The notes: generated by a model from the sequence alone, not told the origin. DNA of 64,000 nucleotides from an uncultured Verrucomicrobiae bacterium (GCA_963706955.1 CAVPOC010000008.1:960001-1024000), one strand, 5' to 3'; shown: positions 1 to 9,889, numbered from the stretch's first letter. Numbers and translations: made by a program.

Positions 1-206
1 TCATTGCCGAGTATAACCACTCGGAACGCGTCTCTTCCGGCGGAGGCGATCAGAACGAGGGCGAGGACATCGAGATCGTCGAACTCGGTTTCGACCAGGC
101 ATTCTCCATGATTGACCGAGGGGAAATCTTGGACGCCAAGACCGTGATTCTCCTGCAACAGCTGGCGAAAGACGGCAGCGCAAGCGTATGCGGCACGGAC
201 AGCTAA
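1..206 (+). CDS. nudK: 3' end of GDP-mannose pyrophosphatase NudK-like Nudix hydrolase (partial, runs off window start)
   Basis: Not in the ORF track. Frame +3 reads IAEYNHSERVSSGGGDQNEGEDIEIVELGFDQAFSMIDRGEILDAKTVILLQ...TAA(204-206), matching the NudK/YffH C-terminal pattern FIAEY..GGG..EDIEV.E..F..A..MI..GEI.D.KT..LL. Confidence 0.8.
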   Translation, partial: IAEYNHSERVSSGGGDQNEGEDIEIVELGFDQAFSMIDRGEILDAKTVILLQQLAKDGSASVCGTDS

Positions 207-259
207 ATGCTCGCTATCAAGGTGCGACGTTATTCAAGACTGGCGTGATGCCTGAAGAC

Positions 260-318
260 TGTAGCGACCGTGTCCCCACGGTCGGGGTTTTCCCGGCGAT
301 GGGGACATCGCCGCTACA
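260..318. repeat. GTAG-type REP pair in inverted orientation (REPIN-like)
   Basis: TGTAG-CGACCGTG-TCCC-CACGGTCG ... CGGCGATG-GGGA-CATCGCCG-CTACA; each unit is an 8-bp stem with a 4-nt loop plus a GTAG foot; lies between convergent genes. Confidence 0.7.
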
Positions 319-356
319 ACGACCATAGTCCCCGGGCACCATGGACAGTATGCTTC

Positions 357-800
357 CTAGCTCTCCCCCCGCACCAGGAACCAATATGTCCAAGCGATGA
401 GGAGAAGTTGAACGGGAGCGCGAACGAGCAAGTAGAGGGGCCCCGCTGAGTGTCCGCCAAAAGGGATGCGTCGAGCGGCCGCGTAGACGTTTGCCGGGAA
501 GACGGCGATAAGAAACGCGATGATCGTCATGCCCAGTGACCGCGACTTCGGCCAGGCGAGCAGCAGCATGGCGAGCAGCAACTCAAATATACCCGAGGCC
601 AAAATCAACGCTCGCCGCCCAGGAAACGACGACGGGAGCATCTCGGCCATTGCATCGGTTCTCACGAAATGCCCAAACGCAGTGAAAGCGAAGACCAGAG
701 CCAGTCCAAATCGGCCAGCCCAGCGCGTATCGCCGTCCAGGGCAGTCACGACAATCCAAGGCACGAGCAATAACGCACCGATGATCGCGAGCTGCTTCAT
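357..800 (-). CDS. DoxX-like (COG4270-type) small membrane protein
   Basis: About 5 hydrophobic segments; G.HF, SG.FE and VFPANVYAA motifs. Confidence 0.7.
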   Translation of the reverse strand: MKQLAIIGALLLVPWIVVTALDGDTRWAGRFGLALVFAFTAFGHFVRTDAMAEMLPSSFPGRRALILASGIFELLLAMLLLAWPKSRSLGMTIIAFLIAVFPANVYAAARRIPFGGHSAGPLYLLVRAPVQLLLIAWTYWFLVRGES

Positions 801-829
801 TTTTCGAGCTTATCGCTTGGCGCTCGCCC

Positions 830-2197
830 CTACACGCCGGCCTCCATCGGAAGCCTTCCTGCTTTGACGGCCCCTTGGAGCGCCTGGTGGTCAGCTTCCG
901 TCTGGTCGGCATACAAGCGGGCAAATCGGGCGAAGGAGCGATCGGCAGCGTCACCTTTGCCTAGATAACCGGAGAGGGTGGCTGGATCGGCGGATCGTGC
1001 GTGACCCTTGGCGAGAAGAGTCCCACAGATGCGACCATAATCCATCAGCGCAGATCCATCCATTCCCTCGACCGTGACCGCACCCTTCATATCTCTGAAC
1101 TGGCGGACGTAGTAATCGCGCTTGTCCACGGTTGTCCAACCGAGGAGCGGATCGCTGACCGTTTGTAGCGTTTGTTGATATTCGACAACACGCTGTCCTT
1201 GATGCGCATGCCAGGCGGTGTCGCCATGGACGAATGGTGCTACGCACGAGCGTCTCGATTGCTTTAGCTGAAGAAAGAGCATGTCTTCCAAGCCGTTACC
1301 CTGCAGTAGCACGACAAAAGCGCGCAGTCCGACGCTACCCACCCCCACCACCTTGTGAGCAACATCAACAAACAGGTAGGAACCCAAAACGCGGCGCCAA
1401 TGTTGCGGAAGTGTTGTCAAATAGGTCTCGAGCCCGTCGATGATCCGGTCCTTTTCATCATCGGTAACGTGGGTGACGAGCGGCGGCTGTTCGACCATGC
1501 GCCGCACGCCATCACGCTCGCGCGTCAACTTGGGCAAGGCACGGTCGCTGGTGCGATTTCGGGCGAGGTTAGCCGAGCGTTCGATCTCCCCGCGCAACGA
1601 CCAATCCGCCATTTCCAGCCGCATGCGTTCGATGTCCATCCGGTCGAAGGACCTCGCCAGCAAGGGCTGCTCGGCGAGGCGGGCGATCTGTCGGCGATAA
1701 GCGGCTGCGCACCAGAGAACGGCATCTTCGCAAGTGCTGTCGGCCAACCCGTTCTGGCGACCGGCAACCCAGATGCTGGTGGTTAGTCTCCAGAGGTCCC
1801 ACTCCCACGGTCCCGGATGCGCTTCGTCGAAGTCATTCAAATCGAAGACGAGGTCGCGTTCCGGGGAGGCGTAAAATCCGAAATTTCCAAGGTGCGCGTC
1901 GCCGCAGATAACCGGCTCAATGCCTGTGCGCGGCATGCCATCAAAATCCTCTGCCATCAACGAAGCCGATCCTCGAAGGAACGCGTAAGGAGAAACCGCC
2001 ATCCGCCCGATACGCACGGGAATGAGACGCTCAAGACGGCCAGAGTGGGCCTCCTCTATGAGGTCGATAGGATCCGACCTATCGGACTTCGGTCGCCAGC
2101 GGCCAAGTTCGCCACGCTTGATCTTCTCCCGTAGGGCTCGGCCAGCCGTCAGCCGTTCTGCTTTGGTCGGCAAACCTGTTCGAAATCCGTTCTGCAT
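830..2197 (-). CDS. DUF2252 family protein (kinase-like fold)
   Basis: RIGRM..SPYAFLRG, ICGDAHLGNFG, FDLNDFDEA, WEWDL.RL, KVVGVGSVG and YYVRQFRDMKG motifs. Confidence 0.9.
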   Translation of the reverse strand: MQNGFRTGLPTKAERLTAGRALREKIKRGELGRWRPKSDRSDPIDLIEEAHSGRLERLIPVRIGRMAVSPYAFLRGSASLMAEDFDGMPRTGIEPVICGDAHLGNFGFYASPERDLVFDLNDFDEAHPGPWEWDLWRLTTSIWVAGRQNGLADSTCEDAVLWCAAAYRRQIARLAEQPLLARSFDRMDIERMRLEMADWSLRGEIERSANLARNRTSDRALPKLTRERDGVRRMVEQPPLVTHVTDDEKDRIIDGLETYLTTLPQHWRRVLGSYLFVDVAHKVVGVGSVGLRAFVVLLQGNGLEDMLFLQLKQSRRSCVAPFVHGDTAWHAHQGQRVVEYQQTLQTVSDPLLGWTTVDKRDYYVRQFRDMKGAVTVEGMDGSALMDYGRICGTLLAKGHARSADPATLSGYLGKGDAADRSFARFARLYADQTEADHQALQGAVKAGRLPMEAGV

Positions 2198-2345
2198 GGA
2201 ATCTCGTCGATTCGCCGTTTACCTCCGCACCAAGCGCAGGCTTTCGGTCAACTGAAACAATCGGGGTCCGTTCATCACGCTTCACCGGCATATACCCGAA
2301 AGCCCGTCGCGTCGAGCTTTGCCAACAACTGGAAATAACAAGATA

Positions 2346-2374
2346 TTGCAGAAAATTTTAAGTTTTTTTAATAT
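2346..2374 (+). promoter_or_regulatory. putative sigma70 promoter
   Basis: TTGCAG-N17-TAATAT in a locally AT-rich stretch; a second candidate TTGCGG-N16-TAATCT lies at 2449-2476. Confidence 0.4.
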
Positions 2375-2482
2375 AACGTAATATGATGGAGAGAAGAGAT
2401 ATATGCATTACGCCTGCGCCATTCCGAGCCACCGCTCCAAAAAAACGCTTGCGGGGATCTACCGATGAATTAATCTAATCAC

Positions 2483-2720
2483 GGGTTTAGGGGAAAACTT
2501 TCCTATGAGGGTCGGTAGGGGTATCGACAGGGGTGGAAAACAAGTGTCGCCGCGGTGTCCGAGAGGTGCCGCGGCGACAACGTTTTCAGGGCCTTCGGGT
2601 CATTTGAACTGCCGCCTTCAGCCGCGCGACGAAACCAACAAGAATTGGTAAGGCGGTGCGCACCGGGGGCGGCGCGAGTACCGGCCATCACTTCCCGTCG
2701 GACATGCCCTGAAGGCCTCC
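2483..2720 (+). ncRNA. candidate structured RNA / sRNA (unassigned)
   Basis: Long hairpin 2545-2579 capped by GAGA (GNRA) with G-U pairs, a cUUCGg hairpin at 2590-2601, further stems, upstream promoters, and no credible + strand ORF. Confidence 0.3.
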
Positions 2721-2746
2721 AGAGCATTCAACTTTCGACGGAGCAG

Positions 2747-3859
2747 CTAGTCCGCCTGGGAGGCCTCCACCGGCAATTCTTCAGGGATAAATGTTCGGGC
2801 AACGCCGATGCGGCTGTCAGCCATACCGTAATAGACGTCGATACGACTCGGTTCTCCCAGATCACCGCGCTGATCAACGGCCGTCGGAAAGACAACATTT
2901 GCGACCGCCCCGGTCATCTCCTCCGGTAACTCGGGTTCCAGCACCGGCGAGTTGGCCCGATACCGAATAAGGTGCGGGCTCTTCTCCGACAGCACCAGCA
3001 CTCCAGCCGAATATCGTAACCTCGGTCCATCGAGCGGAGATTGGTCTGCCTCACATTCGCAGACGCCGTGATAGAAGATAAGCCAACCATGTTTCGTGAG
3101 AAAAGGTGGTGTGCCACCGCCAATTTTCAGATGTTCCCAGTTCGCTACGGGAAAAGCCAGACGGTGGTGCGAGCGAAAGTCGCAGAGGCATCGCTGATTT
3201 TGATTGGCAGGTTCGCTCGGGGTATATGAGATCCAGATGCTCTGCTTGGCGACATCTACCGCTCGCGGCTCGACAGCGCGGGCCATTTCAGGTGCGTCTG
3301 TCCCGGGAAACAATGGGCGATGAATAATCGCGAAGTCATTTTCACCCGTCGGGCCGCAAATGGCTGCCGGGAAGAGGACCGCGTCTTTGTTGTCTATGGT
3401 TCTGAAATCATCCACGTGACATTCCATGCCGTCGCACTCGCGGAAGGTCGCAAGTCCGAGCCGTTCCCAATGGAAGAGATCATCAGAAGCCGCGAGGGCA
3501 ATTCGCGGCCCGTCGGGTCCGAAGGCGGTGTAGCTCATGACATAACGCTTGAGCTCTTCCACAAATGTGATTCGTGGGTCTTCACATCCTCCACCGTCGG
3601 AACGGAATTCATATTCGGCTTCGGGTTCAAGCGCTATGCCAAGACGCTCAACGCCGATGGGGTCGCCGTCATCGTTGAATCGGACCCGCGCAAGGCCAAT
3701 GCGCGAGAAATTTCCCTGCGCCACCAGCCGCGGGAACAGGTAAAGCTGTCCGTCAGGTCCGCGGGCGCCACCCGGATTGAGAACGCCACCTGCCTCGTGA
3801 GGATTTCGCGAATCGGGCTCCATGATGATTCCCAACCGTTTTAACTGAAAAGGCATCAT
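2747..3859 (-). CDS. GH130-like / PH1107-type five-bladed beta-propeller glycosidase or phosphorylase
   Basis: GVLNPG, GGCEDPRIT, YVMSYTA, NKDAVLFP, KIGGGTPP, WLIFYHGV, NVVFPT and YYGMADSRIG motifs; ATG 3859 preferred over GTG 3919. Confidence 0.85.
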   Translation of the reverse strand: MMPFQLKRLGIIMEPDSRNPHEAGGVLNPGGARGPDGQLYLFPRLVAQGNFSRIGLARVRFNDDGDPIGVERLGIALEPEAEYEFRSDGGGCEDPRITFVEELKRYVMSYTAFGPDGPRIALAASDDLFHWERLGLATFRECDGMECHVDDFRTIDNKDAVLFPAAICGPTGENDFAIIHRPLFPGTDAPEMARAVEPRAVDVAKQSIWISYTPSEPANQNQRCLCDFRSHHRLAFPVANWEHLKIGGGTPPFLTKHGWLIFYHGVCECEADQSPLDGPRLRYSAGVLVLSEKSPHLIRYRANSPVLEPELPEEMTGAVANVVFPTAVDQRGDLGEPSRIDVYYGMADSRIGVARTFIPEELPVEASQAD

Positions 3860-4035
3860 CTTTCTCTCGTTCGCAAGAGGGCTTCTCTTTGCTCGTTTCT
3901 GGTGGGACCTACTGGACACTATCTTGCGATGGTTAGCCAGTTTCGTCTAACCAATCCCTAATAAATGGCCCCCCTTCGCCATGGAAAATCTGTGTCCTGA
4001 GGGTCCTCGAATGTCCGGTGTCGGCAGCCGATAGT

Positions 4036-4080
4036 AGCTCGAGAAGGGTCATCCACAGATTCCACAGATTTCCGCCGATT
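4036..4080. repeat. CCACAGAT-family repeat, left arm
   Basis: 41/45 nt identical to 14280-14324 (AGCTCGAGAAGGGTYATCCACAGATTYCASAGATTTCCGCMGATT). Confidence 0.75.
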
Positions 4081-4386
4081 TAGGAAAGGCAGGGAGGCGT
4101 GGCTTCGATGGCTCTGCTGCGCGCTAGCGCCCTCGCTTCTTCGCATCGTCTGGGCGGTGGCCCGAGCTAGGTCTGTTTTCTGAAGTGAGAGAAACCGCAC
4201 CGGCAGCAAAGCCGAGCCACTCCACCCTCGGCTTGGATGGCGAGCGGATGCAAAACGGGCTCGCAAAGGCCGCATTCGCGTCTTGGAAACGAAGCGATGG
4301 CGATGGCAGATCCGCGAGGTGCTCTAAAATCAGGGGAACGGTTCTGAGCAGCGTTTGCTAAGATCACGAGCGGCTTTCCGCGAGTA

Positions 4387-5322
4387 TTAGTCGACAAAGT
4401 CACGACCGCCGCTGCTAATCGCACCGGCTTCGATGTAGATATGCTTAATTTTAGGGTAGTGGATGCGAATACTCTTTTCTAATCGATCCACGGCCTCTTC
4501 CACTTCCGTCGCGGACAGTTTTTTATGAAATTCGATATCCACCGTGAGCAAGACGGTGTCCGGACCAAAATGCATCGTGAGCGGTGCCAAGACCTTTTTT
4601 ACTCCGGGATCTGCTTCCGCCAGCTTTCGGATCCTCTCTAATGTTTGCGGGTCGGCACCTTCGCCCACGAGCAGCCCTTTACTCTCGTAGGCTAGGACTA
4701 CGGCCACGGCCGCGAGGAGTAGGCCAATGCAGACAGAGGCGACTCCATCGAGGTAAGGATTTTCAAATGCATGCGCCAGGAAAATTCCTACGAAGGCGAA
4801 GATTAGCCCCAGCAGCGCGGCGGCATCCTCGAAAAGCACGGTAAAAGTCGTCGGATCTTTGCTAGATTTGATGGCTTGCCAGAAGCTTTCGTCTTCTCCC
4901 TTGAGGGCTTGGAACGCTCGAAACGCGATGACCAGGACGAATCCTTCAAAGACCGCCGCAAGGCCCAACACGACGTAACTCCAGAACGGATCTTCCAAGC
5001 GACGCGGGTGGAGCAGGTGGTTGATTCCTTCATAAATGGAGATGCCGCCGCCAACGCCGAAGATCAGAACGGCGACAATCAGCGACCAGAAATACAGTTC
5101 TTTGCCGTAGCCAAACGGATGAGTCGCATCGGCGGGTTGTTTGCTCTTGTGAATGCCAAATAACAGGAGTCCACCGTTGCCGGTATCGACAAGCGAGTGA
5201 ATTCCTTCAGAGACCATTGCGGAACTACCCGTCAAGGCAGCAGCCACAAATTTCATGATGGCGATAGCTAAGTTCGCGCCAATCGCCGCGTATATAGCAA
5301 CCTTGGAAGCTCCTGCTGCCAT
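4387..5322 (-). CDS. cation diffusion facilitator (CDF) transporter
   Basis: SEGIHSLVD, HPFGYGKE and FEDAAAL motifs; 6 TMs plus C-terminal ZT_dimer-like domain. Confidence 0.9.
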   Translation of the reverse strand: MAAGASKVAIYAAIGANLAIAIMKFVAAALTGSSAMVSEGIHSLVDTGNGGLLLFGIHKSKQPADATHPFGYGKELYFWSLIVAVLIFGVGGGISIYEGINHLLHPRRLEDPFWSYVVLGLAAVFEGFVLVIAFRAFQALKGEDESFWQAIKSSKDPTTFTVLFEDAAALLGLIFAFVGIFLAHAFENPYLDGVASVCIGLLLAAVAVVLAYESKGLLVGEGADPQTLERIRKLAEADPGVKKVLAPLTMHFGPDTVLLTVDIEFHKKLSATEVEEAVDRLEKSIRIHYPKIKHIYIEAGAISSGGRDFVD

Positions 5323-5566
5323 AATTTGTCGCGCTAAAGCAAGCCGCCCTGAATACCTGGAATGCTTATGGTCTCGGCTACGTATTCGCTCGGATTTGCT
5401 TTCTAGTGGTTAGTGCTCTCCCGAGGAATGATGAATACTTCTTAGCGGTCCTTCAAGGGAATCAAAACCGGGCATACGAAACTTGAATGAGCGGAGGCGC
5501 ACGGCAGGACGACTTCGATTGCTGGGTCTACGCGTCATTCGTCTCGATTCTATCGTTGCTGAGAAT

Positions 5567-6040
5567 TCACTGTGCTTTCTTATCGGTGATCGTTCCCTCG
5601 ACTCGGCCGATCACCGCGAGCACGATCCAGGTAAGAACCACACTCAAAAATGCTAGGCCTATTTGGCCCAACCCAACCGCGACACCAACGGCCGCGGTCA
5701 TCCAGATGCCTGCGGCCGTGGTCAGTCCCTCGATCTCGCGTTGCTCGAGCAATTTGAGAATCGCCCCAGCGCCGATGAAACCAATGCCGGTCGCAATACC
5801 CTGAATCACGCGTGACAAACCTTCCATCGACATCCCAGCGTCAAAGCTACCGAGAACGAAAAGTGCGCTGCCCATCGCAACCAGCATATGGGTGCGCAAA
5901 CCCGCCGGCTTGCCAATGCGCTCCCGCTGAACGCCGATGATCGCGCCAAGCAGCATCGCCGCGAGCAACCGGATGATCGCCCGTTCCGTTTGCGTCCAGT
6001 CGGAGACTCCGCCACTAAGTTCTTCTAGAAACGTGTTCAT
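5567..6040 (-). CDS. MgtC/SapB family protein
   Basis: KPAGLRTHMLV, SRVIQGIATGIGFIGAG and GLTTAAGIW motifs. Confidence 0.92.
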   Translation of the reverse strand: MNTFLEELSGGVSDWTQTERAIIRLLAAMLLGAIIGVQRERIGKPAGLRTHMLVAMGSALFVLGSFDAGMSMEGLSRVIQGIATGIGFIGAGAILKLLEQREIEGLTTAAGIWMTAAVGVAVGLGQIGLAFLSVVLTWIVLAVIGRVEGTITDKKAQ

Positions 6041-6276
6041 GAGTTAGAGGTTGTTGAGGTTCGCGGGCCTTGAGCCTTCCGCACTCCTTTAAGGTCCATG
6101 GCGCTGCTTGATTGGCAAGAAAACGCTGAACTCAGCCCCCCGGCGCTCTTTCGTCTGCGCCGCGTTGCTTTTCAACGCGCGGCACTAGGTCATGGAACCA
6201 AGCGTCAGCGGCAACTTGAGATAGAACGGTCGAAATCTAAACCTCTTTTCTCTAAAGCGAGCGACGGGTTGTTTAG

Positions 6277-6513
6277 GTGGCTCTCACACTCCGCAAGCCC
6301 GAATACCCAATACTGACCGGCCAACCGGCGGATTATCTGGTTCTCCAGCTTGAGCTCTTCAAGAAAGGACATCGCGGCGGTTCGGCCTACGCGCACTTGA
6401 TGCACGCCGTTGTCCCGCGCATGACCAACGAGCAAATACGAGACGTAGCCCTCTATCTGCGATCGCTCCGACCCACCCAGCCGTCTGAAGAACAATCTCC
6501 GGCAATCGAGTGA
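6277..6513 (+). pseudogene. C-terminal fragment of a c4/c553-type cytochrome c
   Basis: YPILTGQPADYLVLQLELFKKGHRGG...MHAVV..MTNEQIRDVALY is the post-heme half of class I cytochrome c4; no CxxCH in frame upstream. Confidence 0.6.
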
Positions 6514-6724
6514 GAAACGGTTCTAAGCCCCATCGAAGCCATTTTCCAAGCAGCCACTTCAAGGAAACGGCATCCCTTTCCATGCTCGAATCCTCCGGGC
6601 TCTGGGCAGACTTCGCCCGCACTGCTAGTGGCTTCTCGAGCCTTAAGGACGCTACCCGGGAACGAGGGAGGTCCGCATTCGTCACACAACCTTTGCCGCA
6701 AATTCCTCAGCCAGCCAGATAAAC

Positions 6725-7765
6725 CTATTTTGTCCTTTGTCTTTGCTCCGTATAAAGAGCGACGAGCGCTGCGCCGATGGCCTGGGAAAGTTCCCCCATG
6801 CTTGCAGGAACAATCTTGATTACCTGCCGTTGAACGGGAAATAGCCAAGGTTCGGCCGCCGTGTAAATGGCACCAAGGTATCGGTTGCGAAACGCCTCTG
6901 TGGTGGCATCAGGGTCGATCAAACCTCCGCCGATAACGACGAACTCGGCATCAAGCGCTATGGAGAGGTTAGCGACGTGGAGTCCGAGGGCCTTGGCCTG
7001 GTAGTCGAAAATTTCAAGCGCCAGTTCGTCACCTTTTTGAGCGCGCCCACGCAGGCTGAACGCCTTCTCCTTGGCGGACTCCGTCGATTGCATGAGCTCA
7101 TGGTCGGGATACTTCGGGGCGAGGAAATCAAGAAACTGCGGCAGACCGGAAAGAGCCGTATAGGCTTCGAAACAACCCCAAGTGCGTCCGCAGCCGCAGG
7201 CAAAGGGGGGCAAGCCCAGGAGATGAAGGGGTGCCGGCATATGTCCGGCTTCCATCCCCGCGAGGGTGTCTCCGTCCAGGGGAAGACCATCGGGACTGAT
7301 ATAGGCCGCACCCAGGCCCGAGCCGGGCGCCAGCATGACGACCGAAGCCTTCTTGCCACCGCGCACCTTGGCTGCTTCAGCAACGCCGCCGTAGTTTCCG
7401 TCATTGCCAGCCACCAGCGGAATCGCGCGCCCGGCGCGTTTGGCGAGCGCCTGCGAGTAGTCGGCGTGAAAATCCCACCCCGCAAACGCGGCGGGCAAGT
7501 TCGCGGAGCGGTCCAGAACGCCATAACGTTGATACGGTCCGGGAATGGCCAGTCCAACTCCGCAAACCTGATCCCAGAGGAGGCCGTTGGCGTTGAGAAA
7601 TTTGTCGATTCCCTCGGTCCAACCTTCGATGACCGCAGTGGTCCCGAGCTGGGAATTGGTAGAGCTTTGGGCGAGTTTGAGCGAAATGGGAGTTCCGTCC
7701 GCGAAAACTCCACATGTCTTGGAAGTCGTCGCGCCGCTATCGGTGCCGAGGTAAATTTCTTTCAT
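6725..7765 (-). CDS. ROK family sugar kinase
   Basis: GTDSGAT, GLAIPG, NDGN, GSGLG, EAGH and zinc motif CGCGRTWGCFE. Confidence 0.9.
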   Translation of the reverse strand: MKEIYLGTDSGATTSKTCGVFADGTPISLKLAQSSTNSQLGTTAVIEGWTEGIDKFLNANGLLWDQVCGVGLAIPGPYQRYGVLDRSANLPAAFAGWDFHADYSQALAKRAGRAIPLVAGNDGNYGGVAEAAKVRGGKKASVVMLAPGSGLGAAYISPDGLPLDGDTLAGMEAGHMPAPLHLLGLPPFACGCGRTWGCFEAYTALSGLPQFLDFLAPKYPDHELMQSTESAKEKAFSLRGRAQKGDELALEIFDYQAKALGLHVANLSIALDAEFVVIGGGLIDPDATTEAFRNRYLGAIYTAAEPWLFPVQRQVIKIVPASMGELSQAIGAALVALYTEQRQRTK

Positions 7766-7966
7766 AGCACAGGGATGGAAAAATCGTGGGCTAAAGCATT
7801 AGCGCGTTGCCGCGCGAAGAGCCAGACCTGAACGCAAGTGACTCAATCACTTGCCGCGCGGGTGAATCGCGCCTTCAGCGCTGGCTTATGTTTTGCGTGC
7901 ACGATTTCTTAGTATTCCCGAGGAGCGTATGCTCCCCAGACCCTCTTGCTTGTCGCGTTCAAAACG

Positions 7967-8938
7967 TCAGGGAAAGCGGAACGGTGTGCCGTGCGTTGCG
8001 GTCTTGATTCGGCAAACCAGGTCATCCGCCGTGATATACAAGGTGCCGCCGTCATCACCCCAGGCGCAATTGGAAGCAACGCCGAGATGAATGGTCCCCA
8101 GAAGTTTGCCATCGGGTGAAAGCACAGCGATTCCACCAGGCGCGCTCGCAAAGACGTTGCCCTGAGTGTCCACCTTGAGTCCGTCGCAGGTTCCCTGCAG
8201 GCCACGCTTTAGCAGCGGAAGAGCGTCAAAGAAAGGTCGGCCCTTGCCAAGGAGCCCATCAACCTGCACTTCGAAGGCCATCACCCGCGGCAATCTTGGG
8301 TCACTGACTGCGATGTAGAGCGTCTTCTCGTTCGGACTGAACGCGAGACCGTTAGGAAACGGAAGCTCCCTGATGAGCAGATCGACCTTTCCGTCGGGAG
8401 CAATGCGGTACACGCCGTTCCAAGGCATTTCCCTCAGCGGGGAAGCCTCGTGCCCTTTGAATCCATAGGATGGATCGCTGAAGTAGACCGCGCCCGAGCT
8501 GTGGCAAACGAGGTCGTTTGGATTGTTGAACCGCCGCCCTTCAAAGCGGTCGGCGAGCAGGGTCTCAGTGTGCCCGTCCGCTTCAAGACGAACGACACGG
8601 CGCGCTCCGCTTTGGCACAAAAGGAGTCGGCCGTCGGAGTCGAGGGCGAGCCCGTTCGATCCGGGTTCAACGAAATCGGGGTTAGCGAGAATTCCACCGC
8701 TCGGCTCGAGGAAGACTTCCGCCTTCGCTGATCCAGGCTTCCAACGATAAAGGATGTTCGCCGGCACATCGGAGAAGAACAGCGCGCCATCTTTCCAAAC
8801 AGGTCCCTCACTCCAGATGAATCCCGCGCAAACCTCTTCCACGCGCGCTTCGGCATCGATGAGTGCGTCCAGAGCTGGATCAAGACGCTCCACGTACCCA
8901 AGAAGAGAATTCGCTTCATCTCGCAAGGAATTGCTCAT
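7967..8938 (-). CDS. SMP-30/gluconolactonase family protein
   Basis: WSEGPVW, GSNGL, FNNPNDL, FPNGLAFSP and CDGLKVD motifs. Confidence 0.92.
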   Translation of the reverse strand: MSNSLRDEANSLLGYVERLDPALDALIDAEARVEEVCAGFIWSEGPVWKDGALFFSDVPANILYRWKPGSAKAEVFLEPSGGILANPDFVEPGSNGLALDSDGRLLLCQSGARRVVRLEADGHTETLLADRFEGRRFNNPNDLVCHSSGAVYFSDPSYGFKGHEASPLREMPWNGVYRIAPDGKVDLLIRELPFPNGLAFSPNEKTLYIAVSDPRLPRVMAFEVQVDGLLGKGRPFFDALPLLKRGLQGTCDGLKVDTQGNVFASAPGGIAVLSPDGKLLGTIHLGVASNCAWGDDGGTLYITADDLVCRIKTATHGTPFRFP

Positions 8939-9014
8939 AATTGAAAACTCTTAATCATGAAGATATCGGACGAAACCCATTTTGAGGATCCGAAATGAGG
9001 AGTAACTTGGAGCC

Positions 9015-9812
9015 ATGAAATTCCTCCCAGCGTTCGCACTGGCCGTCATTTTTTCAGTGACTGCTTCACAGGCTTCAATCAAGACCGAAGAACTGACCTA
9101 TTCGGAAGGCGGGACCAACTTTAAGGGGTTCCTGGCTTGGGATGATGCGATTTCCGGCAAACGCCCTGGGGTTCTCGTAGTCCACGAATGGTGGGGTCTC
9201 AACGACTACGCCCGCAGCAGAGCAAAACAGCTGGCCGAGCTTGGTTACACGGCACTCGCCGTCGACATGTTCGGTGAGGGCAAGGTCGCGGATCACCCGA
9301 AGGACGCCGGTGCCTTTGCGGGCTCAATCATGAAAGATCCACAGGTGGCCATGGCGCGTTTTCGAGCAGCCATGCAAGCGCTCAAATCGCAGCCGACCGT
9401 GGAGCCTGACAAGATCGCCGCAATTGGTTACTGCATGGGAGGTGCCATCGTGCTTAGCGCCGCGCGTCAGGGGCTTGATCTCGATGCGGTCGCCAGCTTT
9501 CACGGCTCGCTCGGCGGGCTTCTGCCGATCAAAGGTCCGATCAAGGCGAAGATCCTCGTCTGTCATGGTGCCGACGACTCTTTTATCCCTCCCGAGACTG
9601 TTGAAGCCTTCAAGAGGGAGATGAAGGATGCCGGCGCGGACATGAAATTCGTCTCCTATCCGGGTGCAAAACATGGGTTCAGCAACCCAGCCGCTGAAGC
9701 TACGGGCAAGAAGTTTGAAATAGATATCGCCTACAACGCTCAGGCGGATACCGAGTCCTGGAAGGAACTGAAGGCCTTGCTCGAAAGCGTGTTTCCGCCG
9801 GGCCGCAAGTAG
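9015..9812 (+). CDS. dienelactone hydrolase family protein, exported
   Basis: Signal peptide; VVHEWWGLN, GYCMGG nucleophile, HG.DD and YPGAKHGF. Confidence 0.92.
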   Translation: MKFLPAFALAVIFSVTASQASIKTEELTYSEGGTNFKGFLAWDDAISGKRPGVLVVHEWWGLNDYARSRAKQLAELGYTALAVDMFGEGKVADHPKDAGAFAGSIMKDPQVAMARFRAAMQALKSQPTVEPDKIAAIGYCMGGAIVLSAARQGLDLDAVASFHGSLGGLLPIKGPIKAKILVCHGADDSFIPPETVEAFKREMKDAGADMKFVSYPGAKHGFSNPAAEATGKKFEIDIAYNAQADTESWKELKALLESVFPPGRK

Positions 9813-9864
9813 AACCGCGATCCGAGTACTTAGTCGCGGGCCTCAATCGTCGAGGGCTGTTCCC

Positions 9865-9889
9865 CGGCGGCGTGGACGCCGCCGCTACA
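9865..9889 (-). repeat. GTAG-type REP
   Basis: CGGCGGCG-TGGA-CGCCGCCG-CTACA; same geometry as 294-318 with compensatory stem changes. Confidence 0.65.

Noticed and set aside
1..183. 60-aa minus-strand ORF
   Set aside because: The real gene is the nudK-like 3' end on the plus strand
2507..2535. tmRNA 5' end (GGGG..TCGAC-like)
   Set aside because: No tRNA-like 3' T-arm/CCA end and no tag reading frame downstream
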